This document shows, piece after piece, positions 29,310 to 42,330 of a stretch of 64,000 nt of DNA (position 1 is the first letter of the stretch; every line of letters starts with the position of its first letter). A program made the position numbers and the translations under genes. The notes beneath the pieces were generated by a model. The model searched no databases, was not told where the DNA came from, and saw only the letters and a program-made list of their open reading frames with translations. This stretch comes from Eledone cirrhosa (taxonomy: Eukaryota). The stretch is from contig OZ024740.1 of NCBI GenBank assembly GCA_964016885.1, positions 47,182,001 to 47,246,000 on the forward strand, given 5' to 3'.

Positions 29310-30489
29310 TTTAACACATATACAATCTCATGCAAACACATACACGCCCCCACGCACACGTACACACACACCCTCTTACACCACCAACTCTACACACCCT
29401 ACCATCACTAACCCCCACTCACACCCGCATTCAACCCTTTCTCCACCTCCCGTATACTAACACCCCCTTCATCAAGCTACACACACACCAGTATACCACA
29501 CTCCCTCCATCGACCCCCACACCCTTCTCTCCCCGCTCCACCCACACCCTTTCTCAAACACTCACTCATCCCACTAACACCTCTACTAATACACATACAC
29601 CCCCTTCTCACTCCAACTTTCACACCTACCCATCCTCGCCCCTTTACCATTCCACCCTACTCCTGCTATGCCCTCTGACCACCTCCCAGCACACACAGAC
29701 ACACAGCACTCCTACTGCCTTGACCACTTCCTGTTGCGCGCGCACCCCACATCTCCCCTCTTCCGACCATCTCTTCACGGATTACTCGTATGTGGACCTT
29801 GACCGTGGAATCAACTACCATCCTAGGATTTTACCAACCATTCCACAACATCTTCTCACGGAATCACCTTTTTTACTCACCCACACACACATCCCCAAAA
29901 CATTTTTTTCCCACACGCCACCTACACCCACAACACGCTTAAACCCCACACACACGTGCGTTCCACCACATATTTACACATTCAGCCTCCGGATTCCTCT
30001 CCCCCACCCCTCTATCCACACACGCACACACACTCCGACCTACACCCCACCCCACACACACCTCTTCCTGAACATGCAACCCCGTTCTTCCCCCAACCCT
30101 TGCTTTCATATACACACACACGTACACCTACACACACACACCACATTCAGCCCTCCCCACTCGGACACCCCGTCTCCCTCTCCCAACTCCACCCGCCACC
30201 ACTCCTACACGCCCCACACCCTTCCACCACCTGTTTTACCCCATTTTAATTTTATTTTGATCATGATTTTATTTTTAATTTCATTCGCACCGTTTCCTCC
30301 CACCCCTTTTCGCTATATGTCTCTCCACTACTCCCCTACACACCCTTTGAACTCTCTTCCCACACACTTTTCACCTGAAGAAGGGCTTATGCCGAAACGT
30401 CGTTCCCCACAACCACCCCACTCTCAAGAGCGTGAAATTAATAAACGTTCGTTGTACTGCCTCTCTGTTTTGTTCCTGTTCAAATTTTC

Positions 30490-30492
<3 letters not shown>
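29310..30492 (+). mobile_element. Probable Penelope-like 3' region: C/A-rich low-complexity tail ending in a hammerhead-like motif
   Basis: CTGAAGA-ag ggc ttat gcc-GAAA-cgtc at 30375-30401 with decayed stem I, followed by AATAAA near 30440 and an (AT)n tract. Confidence 0.55.
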
Positions 30493-30551
<59 letters not shown>

Positions 30552-30604
30552 TGTCTATCAATCTATTTATTTATCTGTCTGACTGATTATCCATCTCTCT
30601 CTCT

Positions 30605-30654
<50 letters not shown>

Positions 30655-30703
30655 GTAAATGAAAAGTATAGAAATTATTGTAGCAAGAAGCCAACAGTAT
30701 TCC

Positions 30704-30765
<62 letters not shown>

Positions 30766-30850
30766 AAGTTATATTTTAAAATTGTTGGGTTACAACTAGT
30801 AAATATTTATAACTGATATAAAAGCACTCGACAAATATTTGGAGTATATT

Positions 30851-31369
30851 TACAATATTAAATAAATGGAAAACTATATTTATAAAACCATATTTATTTC
30901 ATTATATATATTTCGGGGATATCATATTAACAATATGCTATGCCTTCATCAGACAAAATACAATATAAACAGTTTTATAGATAAATATATTCGACATACC
31001 GTAATAAACATCGACTTCATTTGAAGAGGTTTACGCTATTTTTCCATCTCTCTATTTTGTTCCATGCATTTCTGCATTTCTTCTTTTTCTTTTTCTTCTT
31101 TTTCTTCCTTTTCTTCGTTTTGTCTTTCTTTCTTTTTTCTCTCTTTTTTTTCTCTCTTTCTTTCTCTCTGTATAAAATTTTCACTGCTAGCGTAAACCTC
31201 TTCAAATGAAGTCGATGTTTATTACGGTATGTCGAATATATTTATCTATAAAACTGTTTATATTGTATTTTGTCTGATGAAGGCATAGCATATTGTTAAT
31301 ATGATATCCCCGAAATATATATAATGAAATAAATATGGTTTTATAAATATAGTTTTCCATTTATTTAAT

Positions 31370-31375
<6 letters not shown>
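30851..31375. repeat. 188-bp inverted repeat with ~150-bp spacer; each arm carries a hammerhead motif
   Basis: Arms 30851-31038 and 31188-31375. Motif tattttgt-CTGATGA-long stem II-GAAA-tatata-TA-atgaaata at 31266-31331 (+), mirrored at 30895-30960 (-). Confidence 0.85.
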
Positions 31376-31461
<86 letters not shown>

Positions 31462-32719
31462 CAAGTGCTTTTAATGTGTTAGTGAGTGAACATATTACAT
31501 AAAGTTGGGTGGCCCGTTTTTGGATGCAGTCCAGAGTGTTTGTATGTTCATCAGCTGTATCACATCAAACATGTGTGCAGTGAGTTAGTCGAGGCACACT
31601 TGTATCTTTAATAAGGTCAGCATTAGTTCAGAACTGATGTGTTTTCTGGCAGTGAGAAATCACCAGAGATAATGAAGCTAAGCCTTGAAAAATATTTTGT
31701 TTTTTCGTCAAAAGAAATGTAGTATTTTAAGAGCTATCCATTGATATTTCTAGTTACTGTATTTTTGTACTGTTGAAAGAGACTAGGTTAAGTTAAAAAC
31801 TATAACTGTTTCGGGCATGTTCTCCAGGGTCTAATACAAATATCGCTTCGTTCATATAAAAACAATATTCAACAAAATATGGCTGTATGCCAATCTGAAA
31901 AATCAATATTAAGCGAAACAAAATAAAGAGAAGAAAGAAAACGGAAAATTAATTTATACGAAATATAATCTAAAATAAGGTTCATTCGATTAATATATTT
32001 AAATATTACAAAACATTATTTTATATATAAAAGCTATACAATTTACAGAAATTTACATTCGAAATATATAAATACTATGAAATAACCAGTTTGATCATAC
32101 ATACAAGTTATGTATGTGAGGGTGTGAAAATATTTTAAAAGTAGATCTGAGATTTAAACAAGTAATATAAAAACCGGAATACATGAATAGGTGCTCATGC
32201 ATCAAACTATTCGTTTCATTAAATATAAGAACACTATACTAGTATGAGATTTAGCTCATTACTGAAACAAAATCTTTATCTATTATCAAAGCATTTTAGT
32301 TTCAATTATCAAAGAATGTCATAATTTTTCAATTCGTTCTCTCGTGTATGAATGAAAAATGTCTTTTAAAGAGTGACAACCGTGAAAATTTTTGAAAAGT
32401 GGAACTGAGAACTAGACATGTCATTAGATTGATATAATATATTTTGATAGACTAATACCCTTATATGTAGACGTCTACAGACTGGATTAGACAACTCTAC
32501 CAATTATAATATCTAACTTAAATACAGAACTATACTCGTTCAACAGGTCTGTCTACTGCCTGAAGTATCCTGTCGCTGTTCCTAGTATATATTGAATCAT
32601 ACACCTGTTTTTCTTTTAAATTGTCAATGTAGTTTTTGCAAATTCTCCATAAATATAGCTATTTAAAACACAGTTTCGCCGTTATATTTACTTATGCTTA
32701 TATTTTGCGTTATATAGTG

Positions 32720-32796
<77 letters not shown>

Positions 32797-32812
32797 TGTG
32801 TGTATATATATA

Positions 32813-32902
<90 letters not shown>

Positions 32903-32951
32903 AAGAGAGAGGTGGACACATAAATACACACACGCGCGCACACACACACGC

Positions 32952-33009
<58 letters not shown>

Positions 33010-33365
33010 GTACGGCACTATAACAAACGAAACAAAATCAAATGATAAATATAACACCATGTATATTTTAAATAGCTGTTACTCCCATAACATTCCTGTT
33101 GATTACAACAAGTCAATTCCCTTTCGGATAAAAATATAGGAATGCTGTCCTAAATCAAAAGATTTATATATTAGTCTAGATATGAGATCGTTTTATAAAG
33201 TCTTCTGTAATTATGCAGATAAATGGCTTTACAACTAAGTCATATGTTCTATTTATTTAAGCTTACATGCATTAACACAGTTAAACATTGCATATCTGAT
33301 ATAAAATACAGCAGAAGATTAATCATAGGGGAAATAAGAAACAAATAAATGTATTTATTAGTTTA

Positions 33366-34483
33366 CTAGCAGAGGTACCCGGCGTTGCTCGAGTATTAAA
33401 TAGCAGTCATGTATAATATTTATGTAAATACTTCAGTGCTGCTTCGAAAACTATACTTGTACAAAATCATCGGCTTTTTCCAAACGGAGCTTCCTGCCTC
33501 CAAGGTTCCCCTACTCAATATGTGCCAATTCTGAGTGTTAAAATTCATCTGTAGAACATACGTAGCTCATGTGTCAAGTTTGGTGAAAATCGGTTGCGAA
33601 CTCCAGAGATTATGACGTTTTGTTGCATTGCAATGCAGTGCTTCAGTCAACTCCAAAGAATCGGTTAAAGGTGGTTATCTCCCCCCCCCCGGGGGGGGGG
33701 GGGCTCTATAATCAATATCTGGAAAAATGAAAGTGTCCATGTCCCCGCGGAGTACATAAGTAACCTATGTCTTTAATACAACGCTGCTCGTAGTTTTTTA
33801 ACGCTCTTGCAGTAGCTTTACGTTCAGCATCTTGCGATTGTATAATTGCAGCCTCCATTGAGGATTCATTTGCTTTTCTTCTTTGCCCTCTCTCATTTTC
33901 CGCCGTTTTTCGGCCAATGGCGGATCTCTTCATTGGAAGCATTACCTAAGGAAAGAGGACGTAACACACTAAAATGAGTAAAATGTTAACCAACAATTAT
34001 TTAAGTTTCGCACATGTGACGTGATTGTCATGGTGGTCCACTTAAAACTTGAACATTTTATGAGTCTCTCTCTTTCTCTCTCATACCCCTCTCTCTCTTT
34101 CTCTATAGAATGGAGAACAATCAGGAACGCGCATTGTCGTCTCCTTTGATTGAAATTTCTTTATATATATTTCTAATAAGTTGTTGCCTCGTTTTGGAGG
34201 ACTGAGTTGTGGGAGGAGGAAGGGGAGTAGTGGGAGGGAGGGTTTAACATACAGTAGTATTTTCTCCCCTTCCCCCTCTCTCACTAACACGTCTTTTCTT
34301 TCCTCCTCTATTGTAAAGATGTCCCCAGGGGTTCCATTATTGATTTTTATTGAAATCCAATTAGTGAGTCCTGTTTCTGAATATTAGTTTAACATGTGTG
34401 TAAAGTTTCATCAGTATCGGATCACTGGTGTAGGCGCCAACTGGTTATACACAATACACAGGAATTGCCATTTATATAGTAGA
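33366..34483 (-). mobile_element. Non-autonomous Helitron
   Basis: 5' end A|TCTACTATATAAAT; 3' subterminal hairpin TACTCGAGCAACGCCGGGTA then CTAG|T; internal ORF 33712-33942 resembles a RepHel N-terminus. Confidence 0.8.
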
Positions 34484-35209
34484 TTAGTTTGGATAAATCA
34501 TGTTGCAATATGGTAGAGGAATGACAGCTCTTCGAACAAAATTTTCTAACCCTTTTGTTTCACTTCTCCTTAATAAGTTCAAATTTCAGTGTGTACTACT
34601 TTGATTTTTCTCTTTCCAGGAACAATATTTCAAGTACAACAGATGACATCTGGTATATTCAAACAGCACTGGCCTCCACAAAAAATGTGTGCCTTTCTAT
34701 TAATAGGATAAATTATTGTTAACTTCTGAATGTTATATATTGATGGCAAGCTGTCTGCGAGTTAGGGCTTCTGCACTGATTTGCTCTTTAGTGCTACCAT
34801 TTAAATTTACTTATTTTTCACCTTTGAAAGTTACCGAATATTGAGTGTTTTGAAGAATATGGAAATAAACTGATACTGCGCTGTATGATTTTTTCCGCAG
34901 CATTCATAAAAAAAGCAAAAATATTTGTTCGAAAGAAAATATTGTGAACTCCGCCATTTTATTCCAATTTATAGCTTGGGAATATGCTTTAGATGAAGAA
35001 CATTGAAGATTGAACATAATATATAAAATGTCATTTCTAAGAAATCATATCTCGCTAAAATAAAAACAATGCCCTATAGTTTCAATCTGCAGTGTAGAAG
35101 TGTATGTATATTAGTTACAATGCAGTAAGGTCGTCTGTGCTTTATATATGTCTATATAAGGAGTTGAGAATGTTTTGATTTTATAACGCTTAAATAATGC
35201 TTTACTGTG

Positions 35210-35210
<1 letters not shown>

Positions 35211-35240
<30 letters not shown>

Positions 35241-35785
35241 CTTCTTCTTCTTCTTCTTCTTCTTCTTCTTCTTCATGGGGGAAGACTCATCAAGCACGCG
35301 CCTTCCAGTAGGTCATGTTAGAAGTAACCAGCAGAGCTCATGGATGCTATCCAACCATCTTGCACGGGGTCTATCCCTAGGTATTCTGCCAGGTGGTTTT
35401 GTAAGTAAAGTCTGCCCAGAGAAATTCTAACTATATGGCCGTAGTATTGGAGCTCTGATTTCTGAGAAGTAGCGGCTCTACCTGAAACAACCTTCTAACC
35501 TATAAGCTACGCACTCTATCGAGTAACGTTACTCCAATTACCCTTCGGAGAAAGCCTATTTCGGCTGCTTGTATTCGGGATCTAATTTTTTCGGTCATTA
35601 CCCAAGATTCATGATCATAGGTAAGGGAAGGTGGTACGAATACCGAATTGAAGAAAATGAGTTTAGTTTTTACACCTACCTCCCTTCTTATGATTACCAA
35701 ACGCTGAAGCTGGTGCATTATTGCACCAGCCCTTGCAATATTGTACTTAATTCAGCCTCCTGCCTTCCATAAGTTGTGAACATGG
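35211..35785 (-). mobile_element. RTE LINE 3' fragment with (GAA)n tail
   Basis: KTKLIFFNSVFVP...YDHESWVMTEKIRSRIQAAEIGFLRRVIGVTLLDRVRS; (CTT)n at 35211-35274. Confidence 0.85.
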
Positions 35786-35849
<64 letters not shown>

Positions 35850-37044
35850 ACTAAAAGTGGCATGTTATGGCCATTATTTCCTCCAGTTTTACTTTATTGA
35901 TGGTAAACTTTGAGTAAATTGCACGTATATGTGGGGTGAAGGAAGGTCTGTTTCCTGCTGTAGGTGGGCAAGAGTGTTTAAACCATCATTGTAATTCAAT
36001 GAAAACACCAATTGTCCTCATAATTACAATATTCATCACAAATACCTATATATTTTATGGTAGGTATTTTGAACTAGTTAGAGTTATATGTTTTGAATGT
36101 CCACACACTGTATCGCTAATGACATTGAATTAAATTATAACTCTACTGGTTGCAGAATGATGCCATTTTGGTCCACTTTAATAGTTTGAGAGTTTCCACA
36201 AATTTCTTTTTATGAAAATCCTGTAGTTCAAGTAAGTACGGTGTATTTTACATCTGCATAGAAGTTAAGTTATGAAATCTTCTGTCCATGTAAAATCAAT
36301 TTTAAAAACAAACAAAAATTTGGATTTCTAAGAGAGTTGCTGTCGAGAAATGACGATGTCATTATATCACTAACTACGGATCAAAAAGTTTGCATCTTGT
36401 CTTTGCCCTTTCAAAAAGAAAAAAAAATAGTAATAATAATTGCAGAACATCATGGCATAAATAGACCCTACAAAGATATACGTTCTGTGTTTGGTTATGT
36501 AACTCCACATAAAAGAAGAAGGAAAAAGAGAATCGACATCAGTGTAGCTTTTGATGATATAGTCCTTTAAAACCCCTAAATCCCAAGAGCCCCGTATTAT
36601 GGGACAACACTATTTAACATGTGAATGAATTAACGAAATTTGTGTCCTATTTTCATCATATCTACTAGCGTTTCTAAAACAATATTTTTATTTCAGCTTT
36701 TCAATGGTGGTTTTTATATTCTTGTATTTTCTTTTAATTTAAGTCTCCTCCAACATACAGTTTGTTGGAAAAAATGCCCTCTTATCATGATCCTTCTATG
36801 GATGACATGGCAATACAAATATAATTAAATGTCGTTTTTGCAAGTTAGATGAGTCACAGTTTATCTCACTTTTCGTCTTCCTGTAGTTTATTCTGCTGCA
36901 AATTGTTGTAGTAGTGAATTAATTAAGATTTATCTTAGATATGGATTCTGGCTGTAAGGAACCACGTTGATGTTGGTGGTAGAAAACTACATTGACACGA
37001 ATAATAACAACAACAACAACAACAACAGTAAGAAAAAAAAATAA

Positions 37045-37100
<56 letters not shown>

Positions 37101-37139
37101 ATGATATCTATTAGCCACGACGGGCTCACATTAAGAAAA

Positions 37140-38630
37140 CATTAAGGACGACAGAGAACGACACAGGTTTTAACAAAAACAAGGAAAACTTAAAAATCAA
37201 ACAAGATACGTTCCCCAACAATGTGCGGGGGCGGGGGCGGGGGGGGGGGGGTCCGGGGGCCACACATGGAAAAAGCCAACAAAACACCACGATCAATCTG
37301 ACCACCTTCCAACAAATTACTTGGAAGGCAGCACTTTCCTCTAAACCTCAATTTTCCTCTTCAAATGAAACCGGAAAAAATTAATCAGGGCTTCAGCGAA
37401 GAGTAAGTGCTTGTCTTCAACCCTTTCAGAGGTGTCCACCACATGACCTCTTTCACCACAGCCACCAGGCAGATAAAAAATATCTGCCCTTCTCAGTTAA
37501 GAGAAGGACTAGCTCAAAGTCGGATCCGTCACTCACTTGACAACAGGTGTTCTACATAAACTTACAAGTCAGCATGCTCAGACACTTGATGAGTGCATAC
37601 AGAACGGTTTCAACGCCCTGCTTGCATCTCAGACAGACCCGGGTGACGGCACGTCCATGCCTGTAGAGTTTATTTCGAACTAACAATGCTCCCCGGTAGC
37701 AATGTCGAGCCAAGGATTTCTGGAAGTTATCCTTTGTGTGTGACAGCTCACACCTATGCAGGTTTAGCTGGCCTCCTCCAAGGTATATCTCGTTGGAGGT
37801 GTCTTGGGTAATTTAATGATAGGGACCCCTATTATCTCATTTCTGCAGCTGAGTAAACTGGAGCAACGTGAAATGAAGCATCTTGCTCAAGGAAACAACA
37901 CATCACCCGGTCCAAGAATTGAACTCATAACCTTTCGATTGTAAGCCCAATGCTGGACCGAAGGTTTTGTGAAAAAGATTGGCTACCTGATTATCGTTGC
38001 CCAGAGTCTCCCCTCCAAACTTCGCTTTTACCCAGGTCGTTACCTCGTCCCAATGTTTGTCCATCTGGAAGTCTAGACCAAACCAGCAATATAACCGGTC
38101 CATCTGACCAGCGCCCGACGGCGCTATTGGGTGGCATGAACTTACCTCTCCAGGTACCGAGCTGTATGCCCACCGACTTTTCCTGGTTAATTTTCGCTCC
38201 TGTTAACGCTTGGCACTCTCCCAGGGTGGTGTCGATCATCTCAATGTTTGGTGCTCGACACGGATCTTCCATATCTTAGTTTGCGCGGGATGCCCCTGAA
38301 TGTCTCCAATTTGTAAAGTAATTGTTCAAGAGTCAATACATACGAAAGAGACGCGAGAAACCTTGGCGGACCGACTGCATGAGGATGAACGGTTCTGAAA
38401 GTTAACCGTTCACTCTAACCACAGAGCAGATGTCGCTGTGTATTGCAGCGACCCAGCCCCTGAAAACGGGTCCGAAGCCGGCTGTCTTGCGGACTACCGC
38501 CAGTTAACGTTGGTCGACCTTTTAGAAAGCTTTCGATTGATCTAAGTTGATCAGGGACCCACTCGTGTCAGGTTCATTAGCCACCCTCTCTATGATGTAT
38601 CGCATGAGGTAGAGGTTGTCGTCGATGGAT
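37140..38630 (-). mobile_element. L1/Tx1-clade LINE RT fragment, interrupted by a SINE
   Basis: Minus-strand DDNLYLMRYIIER, LINLDQSKAF, GFGPVFRGW...VRVNG...SVRQG and GAKINQEKS. Confidence 0.8.
37760..37950 (-). mobile_element. SINE family B inserted in the Tx1-like fragment
   Basis: GAGTTCAATTC B box plus CCTTGAGCAAGATGCTTCATTTCACGTTGCTCCAG domain. Confidence 0.65.
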
Positions 38631-39029
38631 CGTCAAGTCAAAGCTATAAATAAAGCTAAAAGAATTAAGTCAACAGTAAATGTATACATTATACGGTGTA
38701 CAGTAAACAGCGAAAGTCGACAGCTACATGTGTTTCATGTCATACCAATACTGTTATTATCGTTACAATGTCTCCGCCTACTTCGTATTATCCCCCTCTG
38801 TCTCTTTTATTATTTTTAATCATTATTGGTTACGCTTATTTTATAATCTTTTTTTATGATAAAAATGCTAACTGTATGCCTATGCAGAATTTGATACTTG
38901 CTTAGACATACCCCAAATATCTTCAATGTGTGTAGCCGTTTAAATAACTATATTCTGATATCTGAAGTTTGTCTCAAGCACAGAGGCTCATTAAGTGGCT
39001 CATATCTTATTTTCCTTGGCGTTAAGCGA

Positions 39030-39212
39030 CTGAGAGTACAACATTTCCCACCTCCTGGACAGGACGCCATTCTATCGCATGCTTAAACTGGTATTCAGTT
39101 TCAGCTGAATATACTGGACCAATGTGAAATGAAGTGTTTTGCTCAAGAACACAACACACTACTCGATCCAGGAATCGAACCCACGACATTATGATCGAAA
39201 GTCCAACACACT
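39030..39212 (-). mobile_element. SINE family B
   Basis: GGTTCGATTCC B box plus TTCTTGAGCAAAAACACTTCATTTCAC domain. Confidence 0.65.
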
Positions 39213-39477
39213 AATGTGTGTGTGTGTTTGTGTATGTGTGTTTATGTGTGTGTGTGTATGTGGAAATCCCTTGACATACTCTGAGTCGTATTAATTGAAA
39301 GCTTTAAGGTTACAACCACGTTTAATAGTACATATGAGTCTGAGAGTATTGCCATTTCAACTTAGTTTATTCGTTTCTAATTAATATTCCTTATCATTCC
39401 TTATCGAATTTGGTCTTTCCATTTAATGTGAAATCTACAACACTAAATTGGTAATTTTGGAAATATATATATATATA

Positions 39478-39652
39478 ATTGTTTCTACGTTTGGCATAAG
39501 GCCAGCAATTACCCCGGTACATTACTGCTGCCTTATTTTATCGACCCCGTAAGGATGAACTCGGCGAGATTTGAACTCAGACCGTAAATGGCCGTAACTG
39601 TATGCTACAAAGCATGGCGTCCGACCTTCTATCGATACTGTCAATCCACTGC
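39478..39652 (-). mobile_element. SINE family A with an internal deletion
   Basis: Homology to the other family A copies. Confidence 0.85.
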
Positions 39653-39906
39653 CTATATATACACACACACACACACATATATATATATAAGTATGTATGT
39701 ATACGTACATACATATATGTATACAGACATACAGTAGTATGTATATATATACATACATGCACACATATATATATATGCACGTATCGGTTTACCGAACATT
39801 TATTATAATGCTCGGTTTGTTTGTTTGTAAACAAACAAACAGCCCGAATTACGCCGTACAGTGTTTAGGCAACCACGTCACCTTTTTGTTCAACACTGAC
39901 ACAGGA

Positions 39907-39949
39907 ACGATGTACTAGTTTCAAGCTTATTAGCTATCGTCAGCATCGT
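39907..39949 (-). ncRNA. Minimal type-I hammerhead ribozyme in a divergent retrozyme-like repeat (~39780-40115)
   Basis: acgatg-CTGACGA-t agct aata agct t-GAAA-ctag-TA-catcgt. Stem I extends via caggaa/ttcctg; octamer ATTTGCAT at 40024-40031. Confidence 0.85.
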
Positions 39950-40111
39950 ATACCTTCCTGCCAGATGGTTGAACGTCTGAAGGTATATACTTTCCTTATG
40001 TATATTAACGGCTGAGCAGCCTAATTTGCATATCGAGTGAGTTCAGTCGGTTGGGCGCACCGAAAACGATAAATGGAATAGAATGAAACGAAATTTCATT
40101 TCTCACTCTTA

Positions 40112-40148
<37 letters not shown>

Positions 40149-40172
40149 CAGTGGATATATATATATATATAC

Positions 40173-40522
40173 CAGTGGCGAAGGTTAACCTGGGAAGCAG
40201 GGCATGCAGTCCAATGGCCATGGAGGAAAGTGGGGCTGTGCAGTCTTCCCCCCCCCCATTCCCTCTAAATGACCCCCCCCCCCCCCGGTCAAAGTTGCAT
40301 GAATTGTTATCTAGTGTGTGTGTGTTATCTTTTTATGTGCCTACAATTTAGTAAGCAGTCAAAATTCTGGTTGCCCCAAAGTTGTCGCGTGTTTGTGTGT
40401 ATGTGTGTGTGTTATCTTTTTTTGTGTCTATACGTTTTAGTAAGCAGCTAAAATTCTGCTTGCTTCAACTGACGCAATTGATCAACTCAAGATTCTATAA
40501 CGCATGCACGGACCCTTCGCCC

Positions 40523-40525
<3 letters not shown>
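40173..40525. mobile_element. hAT-like MITE
   Basis: TIRs CAGTGGCGAAGG / CCTTCGCCCCTG; inserted in (AT)n; internal direct duplication of about 90 bp. Confidence 0.6.
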
Positions 40526-40593
<68 letters not shown>

Positions 40594-41986
40594 TGGGTGT
40601 ATATATATATGAAACAATATCAGTGTCTTCAGCCGCACAAACGCTAAATAAAACGTGGTGGTGTTTTTGTTACCACCGCTGTTGCTGTTTAGCTCCAGAT
40701 TGATCCCAGAACGAAGCTATGGTCAAAGGCATTCTATCCATGACCATTCCATCTTATTTTCAGTTATAATGCATCGAGGTTCACATTACTCATGTTATAG
40801 TAAGGTGCAGACTAGGCTGCTATATCTAGCAGATAGAGCGGTCACATTTGTGGCTCCTTTGTTAGCTTGTGAAACTCAGAGTTTCAACGTTGGTGGCTGT
40901 TATTTGACAAAAGCTTTGTTATTTTCAGTACTGGCAGAACAGCAAACACCAGAAGAATTCTTATTAATAGTAACATTGCATTTTGCAAAACATAAATAAT
41001 AGTAATATTACTAATTCTGATATATTTCAATATTCTTAGTGATATTTTTGCATTTTATGAATTCATATGTAAAATGAATTGCCTCTCAACCTCGAAAGTT
41101 GGCGGAAACTTGAGTAGTTGTTATTTTTAAAACAAATGTTACGTCAACATTCATATTACTCGATATTATATTGTACTCTATATAAACATAAACATATGTG
41201 TATATATGTGTGTCTGTGTGTGCTAAGTGTTGCAGTGGGGGAAATGATTTACCAGCCTTTCATTTGTGTGACTATGTCTACGTACAAAACAGCAGCTTAC
41301 CATGCTCCATTTCTAATAAATGAAAATTCCATGATGCTCGCTTTATTTCTCATTGCTGTTGCTAATAAAAGAATCACAAGAATGTCATTATCACTTAACA
41401 TCTGAGTAGTGCGGAAATTTCAGTTACTGTGAAGATAATACAGAGCACAAGAGTATTATAGCTAAAGCAGACGAGTCAATTAAAGTTGTAGGCTTATCAT
41501 CCATCTTCTCCGACATACTTTGTTTAGTCGATTCGTCTAACTAGTTCAGCACATAGTGTTAAGCTTTGATAGATATTATCATCAGAATTAATAAATATAT
41601 TTATGATTTTAATGGTCGATCAGTAAAGTAAATATTGCAGTTAAGCCTTTAAAATGCATCATATCAGTAGCAAGTAGTTTATGCTTATTTTCTGGCACTG
41701 ATGTTTTAAAGAAGTTGCATATTCTTTTTTTTTAATTTGATCTAATGGATTTTGTTTCGTGCTCAGGAAATATTAAAGAACGGTAAATATTTAAAGGTTG
41801 AATAAGAGACTTTACATCAAATAGGCTAAACTTTGATAGGATATTTGATAGTCTGATAGAATATTTGAATTCCTTAGCGTACATGAATCAAATTCTTCTT
41901 AAGAGAACAGAATTTTCAATCACTGTAAAACATTAGATGCGAGTTGCATGTGACGGCATAGCCACACATTTCTCCATATATATATG

Positions 41987-42020
<34 letters not shown>

Positions 42021-42165
42021 AGTATGTGTGTGTGTGTGTGTGTGAGTGTGTGTGAGTGTGTGTGTGTGTGTGAGAGAGTGTGTGTGTGTGTGTGTATCCC
42101 GGGTTCAATCGGGGGTAACAACGGTAAGAAAGGTACTCAATACAGAGCTGAGTATACATATCTGA

Positions 42166-42269
42166 TATAGAAATGGCTTCTAGAGGACTAGAACTGTTTT
42201 ATTCCAAGGGCTTTCCTGGGGATTTCCTTGGAATGAAACAGTTCTAGTCCTGTAGAAGCCATTTCTATA
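42166..42269. repeat. 44-bp-arm hairpin containing a decayed hammerhead (42209-42260, +)
   Basis: ggctttc-CTGGGGA-tttccttggaat-GAAA-cag ttctagtc ctg-TA-gaagcc; same family as 60777-60827. Confidence 0.75.
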
Positions 42270-42270
42270 A

Positions 42271-42330
<60 letters not shown>

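Noticed and set aside
29330-30586. 418-aa His/Thr/Pro-rich ORF
   Set aside because: C/A-rich, G-poor low-complexity sequence lacks stops by composition; no domain is recognisable, and it runs into (AT)n.
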